From positions 137,994-201,993 of the forward strand of contig CAVTDS010000001.1 in NCBI GenBank assembly GCA_963733465.1: a DNA stretch of 64,000 bases, written 5' to 3'. The DNA comes from Bryobacterales bacterium (GTDB taxonomy: Bacteria > Acidobacteriota > Terriglobia > Bryobacterales > Bryobacteraceae). Numbering within the stretch: the first letter of the stretch is position 1; each line of letters opens with the position of its first letter. Positions 62,865 to 64,000 of the stretch are shown piece by piece. The position numbers were made by a program, and so were the translations under genes. Under the pieces are notes generated by a model, which worked only from the letters and a program-made list of their open reading frames with translations, did no database searches and was not told the origin of the DNA.

Positions 62865-64000
62865 TCAATTGCCCGGTGCACCTTCTCGGGCCGCGGGTTG
62901 CGCTCCGCCGCGAAACGGCTCCTTGTAGATGGCCGGGAAGCGCAGGCGAAACGTCGTGCCCCGGCCGGGTTCGCTCGTGAAGTCGATGGTACCATTGTGC
63001 AACTGAACCACGCGGAAGGTCATCGCCAGGCCGATCCCGCTTCCCTTGGCTTTCGTGCTGAAGTACAGGTGGAAGATCTTCTCGTGGATTTCCGGCGCGA
63101 TGCCGGCCCCCTCGTCGGAGATGTTCACCGAGCACTCGCTGCCGTCGTAGAGGAGCTGGATCCGCAGCAGCCCGCCGTTCTTCATCGCCTCCACCGCATT
63201 CACCACCACGTTAAGGATCGCCTGCTGCAACAGGTCGCGGTCGCCGTGCACGAAGATCTCTCCGGAGGCCGATTCGAGCTCGATGCGCACGTTCTGTCGC
63301 GCCGCCGAGGGACCCACCAGCGCCGCCACGTCCCGCGCCAGCGCCACCATCTCGAACTCGCGCATTCGTAAATCCACCGGGCGGGTGAAATCGAGGAACG
63401 TCTTCACCACGCGGTCCAGGCGCAGGATCTCGCGCGCGATGGTTTCGATCTCGACGCCCACCTCGCCGTACTCGCCGGCCAGCTTCGATTTGAGAACCTC
63501 CAGGTGAACCGTGATGGCCTGGAGCGGGTTCTTGATCTCGTGCGCCACGCCGCCCGTCAGACGGCTGATGGCGGCCAGCCGGGCCGAGACGTCGAGCTGC
63601 GACTGGATCTGGCGCCGGGTCTCGGCGTCGCGCAGCGTGATCAGCGTGCCGATGCGCTGCCGGTCCGGAAACGCCTCCAGCATCTCCGCGCTCACCAGCA
63701 CGCGTGTGCCCGCGCCGTTTTCGAGAGCGAGCGGGATGTCCTTGAGAGCCTGGCGCAACTCGATCGCGTTGCGCAGCGCCGCGCCCACCGGCGACGACGC
63801 GGGAAAGACCTCGGTGAGCGGCCGGCCCATCAACTCCCAGCGGCCGCGGCCCAGCATGCCCTCGGCCGCGCGGCCCGCCATCACCAGGCGGTCGTCGTGG
63901 TCGAACAGCAGCACCACTTCCTCCAGCCGCTCCAGAAGCTGCTCGACATTGCTCCGGATCTGAATCGCGTCCTGCCGCGCTCCCCGATATTGCTGGCCCA
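62865..64000 (-). CDS. PAS-domain sensor histidine kinase (HisKA + HATPase_c). The 5' end lies beyond the window.
   Basis: H-box LTGGVAHEIKNPL. N-box LLQQAILNVVVNAVEAM. G-boxes SDEGAGI and AKGSGIGLAM. The reading frame stays open upstream of the track start (63917) to position 64000 (...QQYRGARQDAIQIRSNVEQLLERLEEVVLLFDHDD...). Confidence 0.85.
   Translation of the reverse strand, partial: GQQYRGARQDAIQIRSNVEQLLERLEEVVLLFDHDDRLVMAGRAAEGMLGRGRWELMGRPLTEVFPASSPVGAALRNAIELRQALKDIPLALENGAGTRVLVSAEMLEAFPDRQRIGTLITLRDAETRRQIQSQLDVSARLAAISRLTGGVAHEIKNPLQAITVHLEVLKSKLAGEYGEVGVEIETIAREILRLDRVVKTFLDFTRPVDLRMREFEMVALARDVAALVGPSAARQNVRIELESASGEIFVHGDRDLLQQAILNVVVNAVEAMKNGGLLRIQLLYDGSECSVNISDEGAGIAPEIHEKIFHLYFSTKAKGSGIGLAMTFRVVQLHNGTIDFTSEPGRGTTFRLRFPAIYKEPFRGGAQPAAREGAPGN

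Overview
High-GC (roughly 60-65%) chromosomal window from a Gram-negative bacterium. The gene content (Tat-signal oxidoreductases, DinB, ECF sigma, TPR, many glycoside hydrolases) resembles Acidobacteriota, but I cannot verify this without a database search. All calls come from reading the translated ORFs and raw sequence and recognising motifs from memory. No homology search was run. The track uses the longest ORF with alternative start codons, so I trimmed many starts to the first start compatible with neighbouring genes, signal peptides or RBS. About 55 genes are supported. (1) 1-8.8 kb: Kgd-type 2-oxoglutarate dehydrogenase (partial), three secreted proteins of unknown function (two very Cys-rich), Gfo/Idh/MocA oxidoreductase, PEP carboxylase, orphan sugar-binding lipoprotein. 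(2) 8.8-28.4 kb: glycan island with an orphan secretin, GH130 phosphorylase plus cellobiose-2-epimerase-like gene, tandem GH26, GH2, GH38 and xylose isomerase, interrupted by an OPT transporter operon and vapBC. (3) 28.4-34.4 kb: housekeeping and miscellaneous genes, including leuA. (4) 34.5-49.5 kb: a complete type II secretion system (gspE-F-G-H-I-J-K-L-M-C/P-D) transcribed behind an ECF sigma/anti-sigma pair, followed by a long AT-richer leader and a 593-aa secreted protein of unknown function. (5) 49.6-64 kb: TPR protein, APC permease, folC, DinB, tacAT and brnTA toxin-antitoxin modules, a BcrA/BadF-type activase plus dehydratase-like pair, methyltransferase, OmpA lipoprotein, and a histidine kinase (partial). 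No rRNA, tRNA, CRISPR, transposase or integrase was seen. The most notable observations: the ECF-headed, translationally coupled T2SS operon; a ~130-residue Gly/Tyr low-complexity loop in its secretin; an orphan secretin carrying two Ig-like modules inside the secretin core; a G10 tract in the spacer of a near-consensus promoter; a brnTA cassette bracketed by perfect 29-bp direct repeats that duplicate the 3' end of the neighbouring gene; a frameshifted brnA; and a GH26 tandem enzyme whose second domain has lost both catalytic glutamates.
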